DNA from: Chlamydiota bacterium
GTDB taxonomy: Bacteria; Auribacterota; Tritonobacteria; UBA1439
Assembly (NCBI GenBank): GCA_037133055.1
Contig: JBAXOY010000004.1
Coordinates: forward strand, 1-54,452
DNA: 54,452 nt
Direction: 5' to 3'
Below are positions 17,651 to 25,947 of this stretch, one piece after another. The notes beneath the pieces are model-generated. The model did no database searches. It saw only the letters and a program-made list of their open reading frames with translations, and had not been told where the DNA came from. Numbering within the stretch: the stretch's first letter is position 1; each line of letters starts with the position of its first letter. The translations under genes and the position numbers were made by a program.

Positions 17651-17695
17651 CTTCACACCCTTCACACCCTTCACACCCTTCACACCCTTCACACC
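17651..17695. repeat. Perfect 9-bp tandem repeat (CTTCACACC)x5
   Basis: Read directly in the gatC-gatA spacer. Confidence 0.95.
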
Positions 17696-17740
17696 TTTAT
17701 ACGAGGGGCAGGTTCAGCGCAATGCCCGATTGTGATGGCG

Positions 17741-18028
17741 TTATTCGATCACCTGCGGCACCTTGACGAACCCGTCCCCCGACTTCGGCGCGAGCTTCAG
17801 GATGGTGTCATGATCAATCGTGGGGCACGCCTTGTCCGGGCGGGTCACATTCTTCAAAGGAAGAACGTGAGCCGTCGGCTCGACGTTCACCGTGTCGAGC
17901 TCGTTCAGCTTTTCGATATAGCCGACGATCGCGCCGAGCTGGGAGGTGAGGCGTTCCTTCTCCTCTTCGGTGAGGCTGAGGCGCGCGAGCCGGGCGACAT
18001 ACTCAACGTCCGTGCGGGTGATCGCCAT
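17741..18028 (-). CDS. gatC: Asp/Glu-tRNA amidotransferase subunit C
   Basis: VEYVARLARL, LNELDT.NVEP, FVKVPQVI; first gene of gatCAB. Confidence 0.96.
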   Translation of the reverse strand: MAITRTDVEYVARLARLSLTEEEKERLTSQLGAIVGYIEKLNELDTVNVEPTAHVLPLKNVTRPDKACPTIDHDTILKLAPKSGDGFVKVPQVIE

Positions 18029-18164
18029 GGGTTCTCCAGAAATGTCGTTCGGGCTCTCTCAGTGGGACATTCTAACACATAACGCCCGCGCGAGGGAACA
18101 TTCACCGGGGATCATCCTGCGGCCCTCTAATCCCTGCGAAAATGCCATGTCGGGCTTCTTCCGG

Positions 18165-18208
18165 GGCATGGAGATCGGGGCATGGAGATTGCCTGGCATG
18201 GACATTGC
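18165..18208 (+). promoter_or_regulatory. Tandem sigma-54 (-24/-12) promoter-like motifs
   Basis: TGGCATGGACATTGC (18194-18208) matches TGGCA-N-TTGC with GG-N10-GC spacing; preceded by GGCATGGAGATTGC (18179-18192) and degenerate GGCATGGAGATCGG (18165-18178). Confidence 0.65.
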
Positions 18209-18246
18209 CTTGCATCTTGAGCACCGCCATGCTATGGTTTCCGATC

Positions 18247-19251
18247 ATGCACTCAATCCGTTGTGCCGCCATGACGACTGCCGCGATGGCCCTGATCACA
18301 CCCGCCGGATTCGGGCAGCCGAACGCGCGCCTGATGCCTCTCCCCTCCGGAAGCCCCCGCACATTCTCATTCCCCGCGCCCGCCGATCCGGTCATCAGCG
18401 ATGACCCGACGAGCGCGCAGCCCATCGGATTGGGCGGCGCGGCAACCGGCGGCGACACCGTGCGCCTCCGGATCGGGCTCCCGCAATTCGCGGGCCCCGT
18501 GGACGTGTATTTCGCCCTGTTTGCGCCGTCCCTAGATCCGCGTGCCATCCTGATTCTGGGGGAGAACTCCACCCTCTCCCCCATGCCGCTCGGCGTGACT
18601 CCATGGAGAACGGGTGTCACGGAGGCCGTGGACGAGGATCTCTTCGGCGGGGTGCCCGTGAAAGACCTCTCTCCCGCGCGGCATGACCTGTACTGCGCGG
18701 TGGCGCCGGCGGGCTCCACGCAATCCTACTATCTCTGGCAAACCTCTTTCACCGTGAGCGGATTGGCGCGTCTGGCCGTGGTGCTGAATGGCCCCGGCGA
18801 TCTGCTTTCCTGGATGAACGCGCACATCTCCTACGGGTGGCCCGGATGGGAAACGGACGGGAGCACGATGCGCACCTGGAGATATCTCTCTCCGGAGGAG
18901 GTGTACGCAAACGGGCAGGGCGATTGCACGGCCCAGTCCGCCTTCGAAAAGTACCTCCTCGGCCGGAACGGCTACGCCTGTCGCCTTCTCTGGTTGGAAA
19001 GGGCCCGCTACAGCGACCACGCGGTGTGCTACGGGGAAGGCCCCGGCGGGTTCTACTACCTTGAGCATGCCTTCGACGCGTTCAAGGGGATCTACGGTCC
19101 GTTCGGTTCGGTGCAGGAGATCGGGGCCCATATGTATGGGCATCTGGTCCAATCCGACGGACACGAAGACAGTTACACGCTCTCCCATTTCGATGACGTG
19201 CCCTACGGCGTCGACTGGTGGGAATTCCACAGGCTGCTCTCGCCGCTGTGA
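18247..19251 (+). CDS. Exported protein: beta-rich N-domain plus C-terminal transglutaminase-like cysteine-protease domain
   Basis: Signal-like N-terminus; SPEEV...GQGDCTAQS, SDHAVC, YYLE. Start uncertain (18229/18247/18271). Confidence 0.7.
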   Translation: MHSIRCAAMTTAAMALITPAGFGQPNARLMPLPSGSPRTFSFPAPADPVISDDPTSAQPIGLGGAATGGDTVRLRIGLPQFAGPVDVYFALFAPSLDPRAILILGENSTLSPMPLGVTPWRTGVTEAVDEDLFGGVPVKDLSPARHDLYCAVAPAGSTQSYYLWQTSFTVSGLARLAVVLNGPGDLLSWMNAHISYGWPGWETDGSTMRTWRYLSPEEVYANGQGDCTAQSAFEKYLLGRNGYACRLLWLERARYSDHAVCYGEGPGGFYYLEHAFDAFKGIYGPFGSVQEIGAHMYGHLVQSDGHEDSYTLSHFDDVPYGVDWWEFHRLLSPL

Positions 19252-19373
19252 TTCCCGACTCGACCCGCGCTCTTTCCCCACACCATGCTGCGAGGCCGGC
19301 CCTCTCGTTCATGTACCTCCCCCATAGCGGGGACGCCGTGAGACACCCCGCAGGTGTCCGGAGTGAAACCCGC

Positions 19374-21140
19374 TCATCTGATCGTGAACCGAGCCGCGGC
19401 CTCCATGAACGCGTCCCCGCGCCCTGTGATCGGCCGGCACGGATCGAAGAACGCAGCCACGATTTCGTACGCACCCGTTGGCGCGCCCGGAAAGACCGTG
19501 GTCGAGAGGAGAGGGTACGTGAAGGGGGAGGCAAGCCCGTGGACGGAAGACGCTACCGGCGTCACCGGCCCCAGCGTTATCGCGTCCAGCATCGAGCCGT
19601 CGGGGAGAATGATCACCGCGTAGGCGGTGAAGAGGCGCTCGATGGAACGGTTCAGGATAAACCGGGAGGTGAAAGAATCGCCGGCCGCGAACGAAGTCCC
19701 GTTGAGCGTAATCCCGGCCTGAGCTTCGGGGGTCGGCGACGGCGTCGGGGTGGGGCCGGGTGTCGGCCCCTCCCCGGAGGGGACCGCCACCCGGGCGAGC
19801 GTGCCGGCCGCTGCCTTGACGCATTGGGTCGCGTAGCCGGGATTGCAGATGGCCCGCGTGTCATTGATGGTGTGGTAGTACGGGTTGAAGTCGGCGCCGT
19901 TATCTTCGATCCCGACAATAGCCGGATATCCCGCGTCCCAAAATCTTGAGTGATCGCTCCATCCCGCGCCTCCTGTCGTGTACTTGTGCGGCGCGAGCGG
20001 CAGCGAATACCGGCCTATGGTCTCGACGAGGAGATCCGCCATCGCCCCCGACTCGGCCATCGATCCGCAGTACACCTCCATCCAGCCGTCCGCGTTCCCG
20101 TCGTAGGCGATCATGTCGAAGTTGAGCGCGCCGAGGACGTTCTTCCCCATTCCGGCGAGGGCTTGCACAAAATAGTGGCTCCCTATCAGTCCCTGTTCTT
20201 CACCGGTGAAAAGGACATAGACGATCGTGTTCTCGAACCGGTACCCCTTGAGCACGGATGCGGCGAGGAGGACCGCCGTGGATCCGCTCGCGTTGTCATC
20301 CGCTCCCGGCGCGGTTCCACCCTCCGGCATATCATCGACGTGGGCGCACACGATGACCACATTGTCCGGGTTGACGGTCCCCGTCTGCTCGGCATAGACA
20401 TTCCGCAAGGAGTTGCCGTCCCAGACATACTCGTGGTACGCGGCCGTGAGCCCCTGCGCCTGGAAATACTCGTACCCGTACCGCGTGGCCTTCTCTATCG
20501 GGATCACCTGATAGGAGTTGCGGGTCTGCAGTGTGTACGGCGCCCCGCCTATCGTGACGCTGTTCACCCCGCTCAGGTTGCCGATCATGGCGGTGATATC
20601 GCCTTCCATGATCCGGTCGATGATCTCCTGGACCAGGTCCGAGCGACGGGACAGCTTCTCCGGGGGCGGCAGGGGTTGGACCCGCGCGGAGCCGGCCTGC
20701 GGCGGAGGGAGCAGCGCCTTCAGCTCCATTCCCGCCGAGGAGAGGAGGCCGACGGATGCGCGCGGGGCTCTCACGAGCGCCGTGCTCCCGCCGCAGAGCA
20801 ATAGTGATGCGTTCCGGTCCAGGAACTCGAAGTCCAGCCCTCGGCGCGCCCACACCACGTAGAGCTCCTCGCCCGGTTCGGGATCGTCGATCGCGATACA
20901 GCGCCCGCCGCCGGGGGCGAGAGGACCCTTCAGCGATCGCCGAGCGGCGACGACGGCAGCCTCTTCCCCCTCTATTAGGAACCTGGTCCAGACCTCGACT
21001 CCCGCGGGCGGGGCATAGCTGCTTCCCGCGGGCGATACGACGCAGTAGAGGGAATAATCCTCCTGTTGGGCTCCCGCAAAGGACGATATGAACGAAATGA
21101 ATAACAAGATTCCCGCCGCCATTGCGCGCAGTGCCCTCAT
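19374..21140 (-). CDS. Secreted M28-family metallo-aminopeptidase with PT linker and C-terminal beta-sandwich domain
   Basis: Signal peptide; AHVDD, PGADDNASG, GEEQGL.GS, NFDMI, SDH, YHT; PTPGPTPTPSPTP linker. Confidence 0.92.
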   Translation of the reverse strand: MRALRAMAAGILLFISFISSFAGAQQEDYSLYCVVSPAGSSYAPPAGVEVWTRFLIEGEEAAVVAARRSLKGPLAPGGGRCIAIDDPEPGEELYVVWARRGLDFEFLDRNASLLLCGGSTALVRAPRASVGLLSSAGMELKALLPPPQAGSARVQPLPPPEKLSRRSDLVQEIIDRIMEGDITAMIGNLSGVNSVTIGGAPYTLQTRNSYQVIPIEKATRYGYEYFQAQGLTAAYHEYVWDGNSLRNVYAEQTGTVNPDNVVIVCAHVDDMPEGGTAPGADDNASGSTAVLLAASVLKGYRFENTIVYVLFTGEEQGLIGSHYFVQALAGMGKNVLGALNFDMIAYDGNADGWMEVYCGSMAESGAMADLLVETIGRYSLPLAPHKYTTGGAGWSDHSRFWDAGYPAIVGIEDNGADFNPYYHTINDTRAICNPGYATQCVKAAAGTLARVAVPSGEGPTPGPTPTPSPTPEAQAGITLNGTSFAAGDSFTSRFILNRSIERLFTAYAVIILPDGSMLDAITLGPVTPVASSVHGLASPFTYPLLSTTVFPGAPTGAYEIVAAFFDPCRPITGRGDAFMEAAARFTIR

Positions 21141-21204
21141 TCCCGCTCCTTTCCCCAGAGCATCACGATGTCCCGGGAGGCACGATTCGATACACCATCC
21201 GCAG

Positions 21205-21227
21205 CGGGGGATTCAGCCCCCGTTTTT
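21205..21227 (+). other. GC hairpin followed by a T-tract (terminator-like or REP-like)
   Basis: CGGGGG-attcag-CCCCCG-TTTTT. The T-tract is on the + strand although both flanking genes are minus. Confidence 0.4.
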
Positions 21228-21232
21228 CCCGC

Positions 21233-22195
21233 CTATACGGTCGCATTATTCTGCCGGGATTCCAATGCCATCAATGCGTACAGGGTCACCCACTTGCTCG
21301 GCTCCCCCCTCTTCCCGGCCTTGAGGAGCGCCTGCACGGGAGTCCAGTCGAGGACGTATCTGCCGTCCGCGTCCCGTTTCCCCTCCAGGATGGCCCACGC
21401 CCTCGCCGTTTCCCTTCGCTTCCCGTACCCGAGACGGCTGAGCGCATACAGGATATCGTTCAACGCCGCCCGCCAGGTGACGGGACAAATAGTGCGCGTC
21501 ACGTCGAAGTTTACCGGTTTACGCCGATCGTCCATTCTGAACAGGCATTCCCTCTTCAGAAAATACCGCGCGAGGGCCGTGCAGCGCGCATGCCGCCTGT
21601 ATTCGGGGAGTTCCGCGAACGCCATCAGCGCCTTCACGCTTCCCCGCACGCAGCTCTTCACCACCCTCTTCGCGTATTTTCCCTCGTGCATGTCGCACAG
21701 GTACCCGCTGTCAGGGCGGACCGTGTCGAGCATGAGCCCGATCGTCCTCCGCACCCTCGCGTCGTCCCGGTACCCGAGCAGGATAAACGTCCGTATGTTG
21801 TAGGCGTAGAAGCACGAATAATGGCGCAGGAAGTCGCCGTCGGCCTTCTGAAGATTGAGGTATCTCTCCGCCGCTTTCCGAACGAGCGGGTGCGTCCTGT
21901 CGAGGCCGAGTTCCGCGAGGTATGCGAGGCAAAAGTGGGTGGTGGCGAACGCCCCGTACTCGATCCCCTTCCCCGCCCATTCGCCGGTACGCGGGTTCTT
22001 CTGGAGCCAGTAGCCGTCCGGGTGCATTCTCTCGAGGATGCGGCGGACGGGCTCGCTTGCGGGGATCGCCTTTTTCGCGGTGACGACCTCCGGATCGCAC
22101 TCGCTCCGGTCCAGAAGCTCGACAAGTGTCCGATACCGGATGGACGGCTCGTCCGCCTCCAGCAGCCAGTCGCGAACCCGGGGGTTGATCTTCAT
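21233..22195 (-). CDS. Prenyltransferase/squalene-cyclase repeat-like (alpha/alpha toroid) hypothetical protein
   Basis: WLLE..EPSIRY, QW-like repeats (MHPDGYW, LQKADGDF, KRDADGRY), C-terminal GEPSKWVTL. Confidence 0.72.
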   Translation of the reverse strand: MKINPRVRDWLLEADEPSIRYRTLVELLDRSECDPEVVTAKKAIPASEPVRRILERMHPDGYWLQKNPRTGEWAGKGIEYGAFATTHFCLAYLAELGLDRTHPLVRKAAERYLNLQKADGDFLRHYSCFYAYNIRTFILLGYRDDARVRRTIGLMLDTVRPDSGYLCDMHEGKYAKRVVKSCVRGSVKALMAFAELPEYRRHARCTALARYFLKRECLFRMDDRRKPVNFDVTRTICPVTWRAALNDILYALSRLGYGKRRETARAWAILEGKRDADGRYVLDWTPVQALLKAGKRGEPSKWVTLYALMALESRQNNATV

Positions 22196-22293
22196 ATATT
22201 GGGGTCGAGCCACGATATCTTATTCCCTATCAAAGCATTACGCCTTATTAGCTCCCTTAAAACAGCCTTAAACACTATTTTCCCCCTCTAAAA

Positions 22294-23025
22294 TCAAGTA
22301 TAAGGAGACCGCTCTTCCATTACACTCCAGATGGAAATCCCTTCGGGGGTTACCTCTTCATTGATATACGTTCTCACCCGCCGACTGTGCTTTCTTATAG
22401 ATTCAACGAATCGCTTGTTCCCAACCGCCAGGCTGCCTGTCCATATCGGGTTGCGTGCTATGTCTCCTCTCACAATCCATTTTGAAATCCAGTCGGAGTA
22501 GGAGTCTCTAGCCTTTTGAAGATCGGAATAGCCGAGCAGCGGAAGGAGTATCTCTGTGTTAAGAATCCTGTATCGTTTCCTCGTTCCCATGAACTCATTG
22601 TAGCCACACCATTCCCATTCCAAAGGGTGTTTCACTTTTCCCGCTCGTACCATGTTGAGATCGATGTACACAAGGCAATTCCAGAGATAACGGCCGCTAT
22701 CGATCATCGTGCAAGAATACCTGTCTTCCCAGTATGCCCCCTTCCGTCCCTTCCTCCAATTGTAGTGCTGGGCGCTCCTGCTCTGGAGAAGATGCATTAA
22801 TCTGCCGATTGAATCCTTCGCGCAGGAGCGCAGGACGAGGTGGATATGATTGCAGGTTACGCAGTAGCCGAGGACGGAGACCTTGAAGCGGGCAGCTGCT
22901 TCATGAAGCCATTTTCGATAATAGTTGCGGTCCTGTGAGAATTTCAAAAGGAAGGAACGATCGTGACACCGGTGGGTGATATGATACAGATACCCCGGCT
23001 GGATATACCTGTTTGCACGTGGCAT
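22294..23025 (-). mobile_element. Y1 HUH transposase, IS200-like/REP-associated tyrosine transposase (RAYT) type
   Basis: MPR..R, YHITHR, YCV.CNHIHL (HUH), YIDLNMVRAG (catalytic Tyr), W.W.GY; AT-richer than the flanks. Confidence 0.9.
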
Positions 23026-23169
23026 GGTAATCCAATCTCCTCGTGCAAGGGAACATTCCTTAAAAGCAAGAAATAGGGTTAAAAATCGCTTCTAAGGCTT
23101 TTTTTAGAGTACTAAACCATTACATCCTTTTCAACCACAATGAGATATCGTGGCTCGACCCCAATATCC

Positions 23170-23625
23170 TCACACTCTCAGCTTCCAGTTCGTCAGCTCG
23201 ACGATGTTCCCCTCGGGGTCCGTCGCGAAGACGAAGGTGAACGCCCCCTTGCCGTCCTCGTGCACGGTCACCTCCCCGAGCGTCGATCCGCCGTGCGCGA
23301 TAATCCCTGCAAGTCCGCTCGCCACGTCCTCCACCTCGAACGCGAGGTGGCCGAACCCCCTCCGGTTCGCCCTCGCGGGGAGTTTCCCCTCCGACTCGGA
23401 GAACTGGAATATCTCGAGGAGCGGGCCTTTTTTATCGCACCCGGGAAGCGTCAGTTTCAGCCCCCTCAGGCTCGCCCCCGGCACGCCGGTGCCCCGTGCG
23501 AGCCACGGGTCGTCGATCCGGCTCTCGGGAGGAACCCGGACGCAGCCGAAGACCTCCTCGTAGAACCGGGCGAGCGTGTCCCAGTCCGCCGCGATGATGT
23601 TCACGTGCTTGAATCTCGTCTTCAT
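23170..23625 (-). CDS. VOC/glyoxalase family protein
   Basis: HVNI, FYEEVFG, LLEIFQF, GFGHLAFEVED, DPEGNIVEL; GGGGAG RBS. Confidence 0.9.
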   Translation of the reverse strand: MKTRFKHVNIIAADWDTLARFYEEVFGCVRVPPESRIDDPWLARGTGVPGASLRGLKLTLPGCDKKGPLLEIFQFSESEGKLPARANRRGFGHLAFEVEDVASGLAGIIAHGGSTLGEVTVHEDGKGAFTFVFATDPEGNIVELTNWKLRV

Positions 23626-23732
23626 GGCTGCTCCCCCGTGTAGTATCCATATAATATGTCATATCCGCCGGCGTTGCGCTAGGCTTGCAGCGATCCCGGC
23701 GGCATAAAAATAGTGCTAAGAGTGGATGCGCC

Positions 23733-23891
23733 ATGAGCAAGGAACTGATTCCCTCCGAACGCATCGAACGAAAGATCATCCTGCTGCGCGGGCAGAGGGT
23801 CATGCTGGATCGAAACCTGGCTGTGCTCTATGGCGTGCCGACCAAATCATGCCGCGCGGGAGGGATCGGGCGGGGATTCGAGGCAAGCTAG
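23733..23891 (+). pseudogene. Truncated ORF6N-domain DNA-binding protein
   Basis: IERKIILLRGQRVMLDRNLAVLYGVPTK matches the ORF6N start; similarity stops where ..LNQAVKRN is expected and a stop follows. Confidence 0.82.
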
Positions 23892-23914
23892 GTATATGAC
23901 ATTTAGCACCTTAT

Positions 23915-23953
23915 ATTGGGCATATTTGCCATCTATTGGCTAATATGCCCAAT
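23915..23953. promoter_or_regulatory. Inverted repeat, candidate antitoxin operator
   Basis: ATTGGGCATATT-t-GCCA-tctat-TGGC-t-AATATGCCCAAT upstream of the XRE gene. Confidence 0.6.
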
Positions 23954-23971
23954 TTTTTGTGTATATTATTG

Positions 23972-23999
23972 TTGACCAATAAACCCTTTTTGATACTAT
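23972..23999 (+). promoter_or_regulatory. Sigma-70 promoter candidate for hipBA
   Basis: TTGACC-16 bp-TACTAT with extended -10 TG at 23991. Confidence 0.55.
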
Positions 24000-24034
24000 A
24001 GTTGCGAATACCACCGGAACTGAGGAGTGGGCGC

Positions 24035-24361
24035 ATGAATTTCACAGCCATGAGTGATAAGGCAATACTGGACGAACTTGGTAAAAGGATCCAACAAGAA
24101 CGCCTCAATCAGAATATCAGCCAAATGGCGCTGGCTCAACACGCCGGAGTCGCTCGTAATCTCGTCCAAATGGTCGAATCCGGGCGAGGATGTACCCTAA
24201 AAAGCATGATGCGGATTCTACGGGCTCTTAATAAGCTGGACCAATTAAGTATGTTTCTGCCCGAACCGGGGTTGAGTCCCGTTCAACTAGCCAAGCTTAA
24301 AGGCCGCGAAAGACACCATGCGTACGGCTCACGTCTTAGCCGCAAAACGGAGCCGAATTAA
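24035..24361 (+). CDS. XRE-family HTH protein, HipB-like antitoxin
   Basis: GAGGAG RBS; RLNQNISQ..LA..AGV..N.VQ.VESG; immediately upstream of the HipA-family gene. Confidence 0.88.
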   Translation: MNFTAMSDKAILDELGKRIQQERLNQNISQMALAQHAGVARNLVQMVESGRGCTLKSMMRILRALNKLDQLSMFLPEPGLSPVQLAKLKGRERHHAYGSRLSRKTEPN

Positions 24362-24364
24362 TCC

Positions 24365-25720
24365 ATGCCCGCGCGCATACGCAGAGTAAACGTAACGACC
24401 GTCTTCCTCTGGGGGCACGAGGTTGGCGCAGCGGCATGGGATGAAGAACACACCATCGCCCGCTTCGAATATACAGATGACTTTCTGCGCACCGGGCTGA
24501 ATATCGCGCCGTTGATGATGCCATTGCAGCGCGGGATATTTTCATTTCCAGGTTTGAACTTCAAAACTTTTCGGGGTCTGCCGGGCCTTTTGTCAGATTC
24601 ACTCCCGGACCGGTTCGGCAATCGTCTCATCGATGCATGGTTACAGCGCCTTGGCAGATCTATCGAAGATTTTACCTCCATCGAACGGCTCTGCTACATC
24701 GGCACGCGCGGCATGGGCGCGCTTGAATTCAAACCGGCAATCGGACCCCAGGAACGAAAAGCGATACCGATAGAAATATCGGAACTGACACAGTTGGCGG
24801 CCGATATTCTTCGCCATCGCACAAACTGGGTCGTGAATTTACAGGGCTCCCGGGCTGAAGCTTTGAAAACCATCATACGTGTGGGTTCCTCAGCGGGAGG
24901 GAATCGCGCTAAAGCTGTTATTGCCTGGAATCCGAGCACCCACGAAGTTCGATCCGGCCAGGTTCAGCCCCCACCCGGTTTTGAGCCGTGGATTCTAAAA
25001 TTCGATGGGGTGAACGATACGGCGCTCGGCGATCCAAAGGGCTATGGCCGCGTAGAGTATGCCTATTATACGATGGCGATCTCAGCCGATATCCGGATGA
25101 GCACATGCCGATTATTGGAGGAAAACGGTCGGGCCCACTTCATGACGAGGCGATTCGACCGGGACAAAAAGGGCGACAAAATCCACACCCAGTCTCTTTG
25201 CGCCATGGCTCACTACGACTTCAATGCCGCGGGCGAATACAGCTACGAGCAAGCCTTTTCCGTGATCCGCCGCCTGAACCTCGGTCATGAGACGATGAAG
25301 GAAATGTACAGGCGTATGGTCTTTAATGTGCTGGCATGCAACCGAGATGATCATACAAAGAACATCGAATTTTTAATGGATACGCGAGGGCAATGGCAAT
25401 TATCCCCCGCATTTGATCTCACGTGGGCTTTCAACCCTGCAGGACGTTGGACAAGTCGCCATCAAATGAGCATCAACGGTAAGCGAGAGGGCATTACCCG
25501 ATCCGATTTTCTTACCGTTGCTAAACAGACGGGTATCAAGGACGCACCCGAGGCAATCGATAAAATCATACACGCAGTCTCACAATGGACGCACTATGCA
25601 GATGAGGCAGGCGTTCCCTCCAAACTAAAAAAAGAAATAGCTCGCTCCCATTATCCTGGCATGGCCAAGAGAAGAAATAGATCTAGATCTTCTTTACATC
25701 CACGAAAAAGCAGAGAATAA
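24365..25720 (+). CDS. hipA: HipA-family serine/threonine kinase toxin
   Basis: N-terminal coupled domain (DSLPDRFG, RGMGALEF), SSAGGNRAK loop, ILKFD, RRFDR, NRDDHTKN, LSPAFD. Confidence 0.93.
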   Translation: MPARIRRVNVTTVFLWGHEVGAAAWDEEHTIARFEYTDDFLRTGLNIAPLMMPLQRGIFSFPGLNFKTFRGLPGLLSDSLPDRFGNRLIDAWLQRLGRSIEDFTSIERLCYIGTRGMGALEFKPAIGPQERKAIPIEISELTQLAADILRHRTNWVVNLQGSRAEALKTIIRVGSSAGGNRAKAVIAWNPSTHEVRSGQVQPPPGFEPWILKFDGVNDTALGDPKGYGRVEYAYYTMAISADIRMSTCRLLEENGRAHFMTRRFDRDKKGDKIHTQSLCAMAHYDFNAAGEYSYEQAFSVIRRLNLGHETMKEMYRRMVFNVLACNRDDHTKNIEFLMDTRGQWQLSPAFDLTWAFNPAGRWTSRHQMSINGKREGITRSDFLTVAKQTGIKDAPEAIDKIIHAVSQWTHYADEAGVPSKLKKEIARSHYPGMAKRRNRSRSSLHPRKSRE

Positions 25721-25723
25721 AAA

Positions 25724-25797
25724 TGGAGCGGGTGAAGGGAATCGAACCCTCATAGCCAGCTTGGGAAGCTGGAGCTCTACCACTGAGCTACACCCGC
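25724..25797 (-). tRNA. tRNA-Gly (CCC)
   Basis: GCGGGTGTAGCTCAGTGGTAGAGCTCCAGCTT-CCC-AAGCTGGCTATGAGGGTTCGATTCCCTTCACCCGCTCCA; full cloverleaf with encoded CCA. Confidence 0.98.
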
Positions 25798-25874
25798 CCC
25801 GAGAGGCGAAGCGTATTCTAGCACCGAGACCCGCTGTTTTCAACACTCCACTTCGGCTTTCCGCATTCAGCGGG

Positions 25875-25937
25875 GAGATTGCTTCGCCCCGTCACCTGAC
25901 ACGCACCTGCCTGCCGGATGACGGGGCTCGCAATTAC
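25875..25937. repeat. Palindromic intergenic element (GAGATTGCTTCG...CTCGCAAT type)
   Basis: Stem GCCCCGTCA/TGACGGGGC framed by GAGATTGCTTC and TCGCAATTAC; lies downstream of pfkB. Confidence 0.55.
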
Positions 25938-25947
25938 ACCAGGTTGA

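Noticed and set aside
17651-17695. Possible CRISPR array
   Set aside because: 9-bp units with no spacers; no cas genes or repeat-spacer arrays anywhere in the window.
21233-23891. Integron cassette array
   Set aside because: No integrase and no convincing attC (RYYYAAC...GTTRRRY) structures between the genes.
14721-25797. HipA functionally linked to gatCAB or tRNA-Gly as its target
   Set aside because: Proximity is explained by insertion at the tRNA; no sequence evidence for target specificity.
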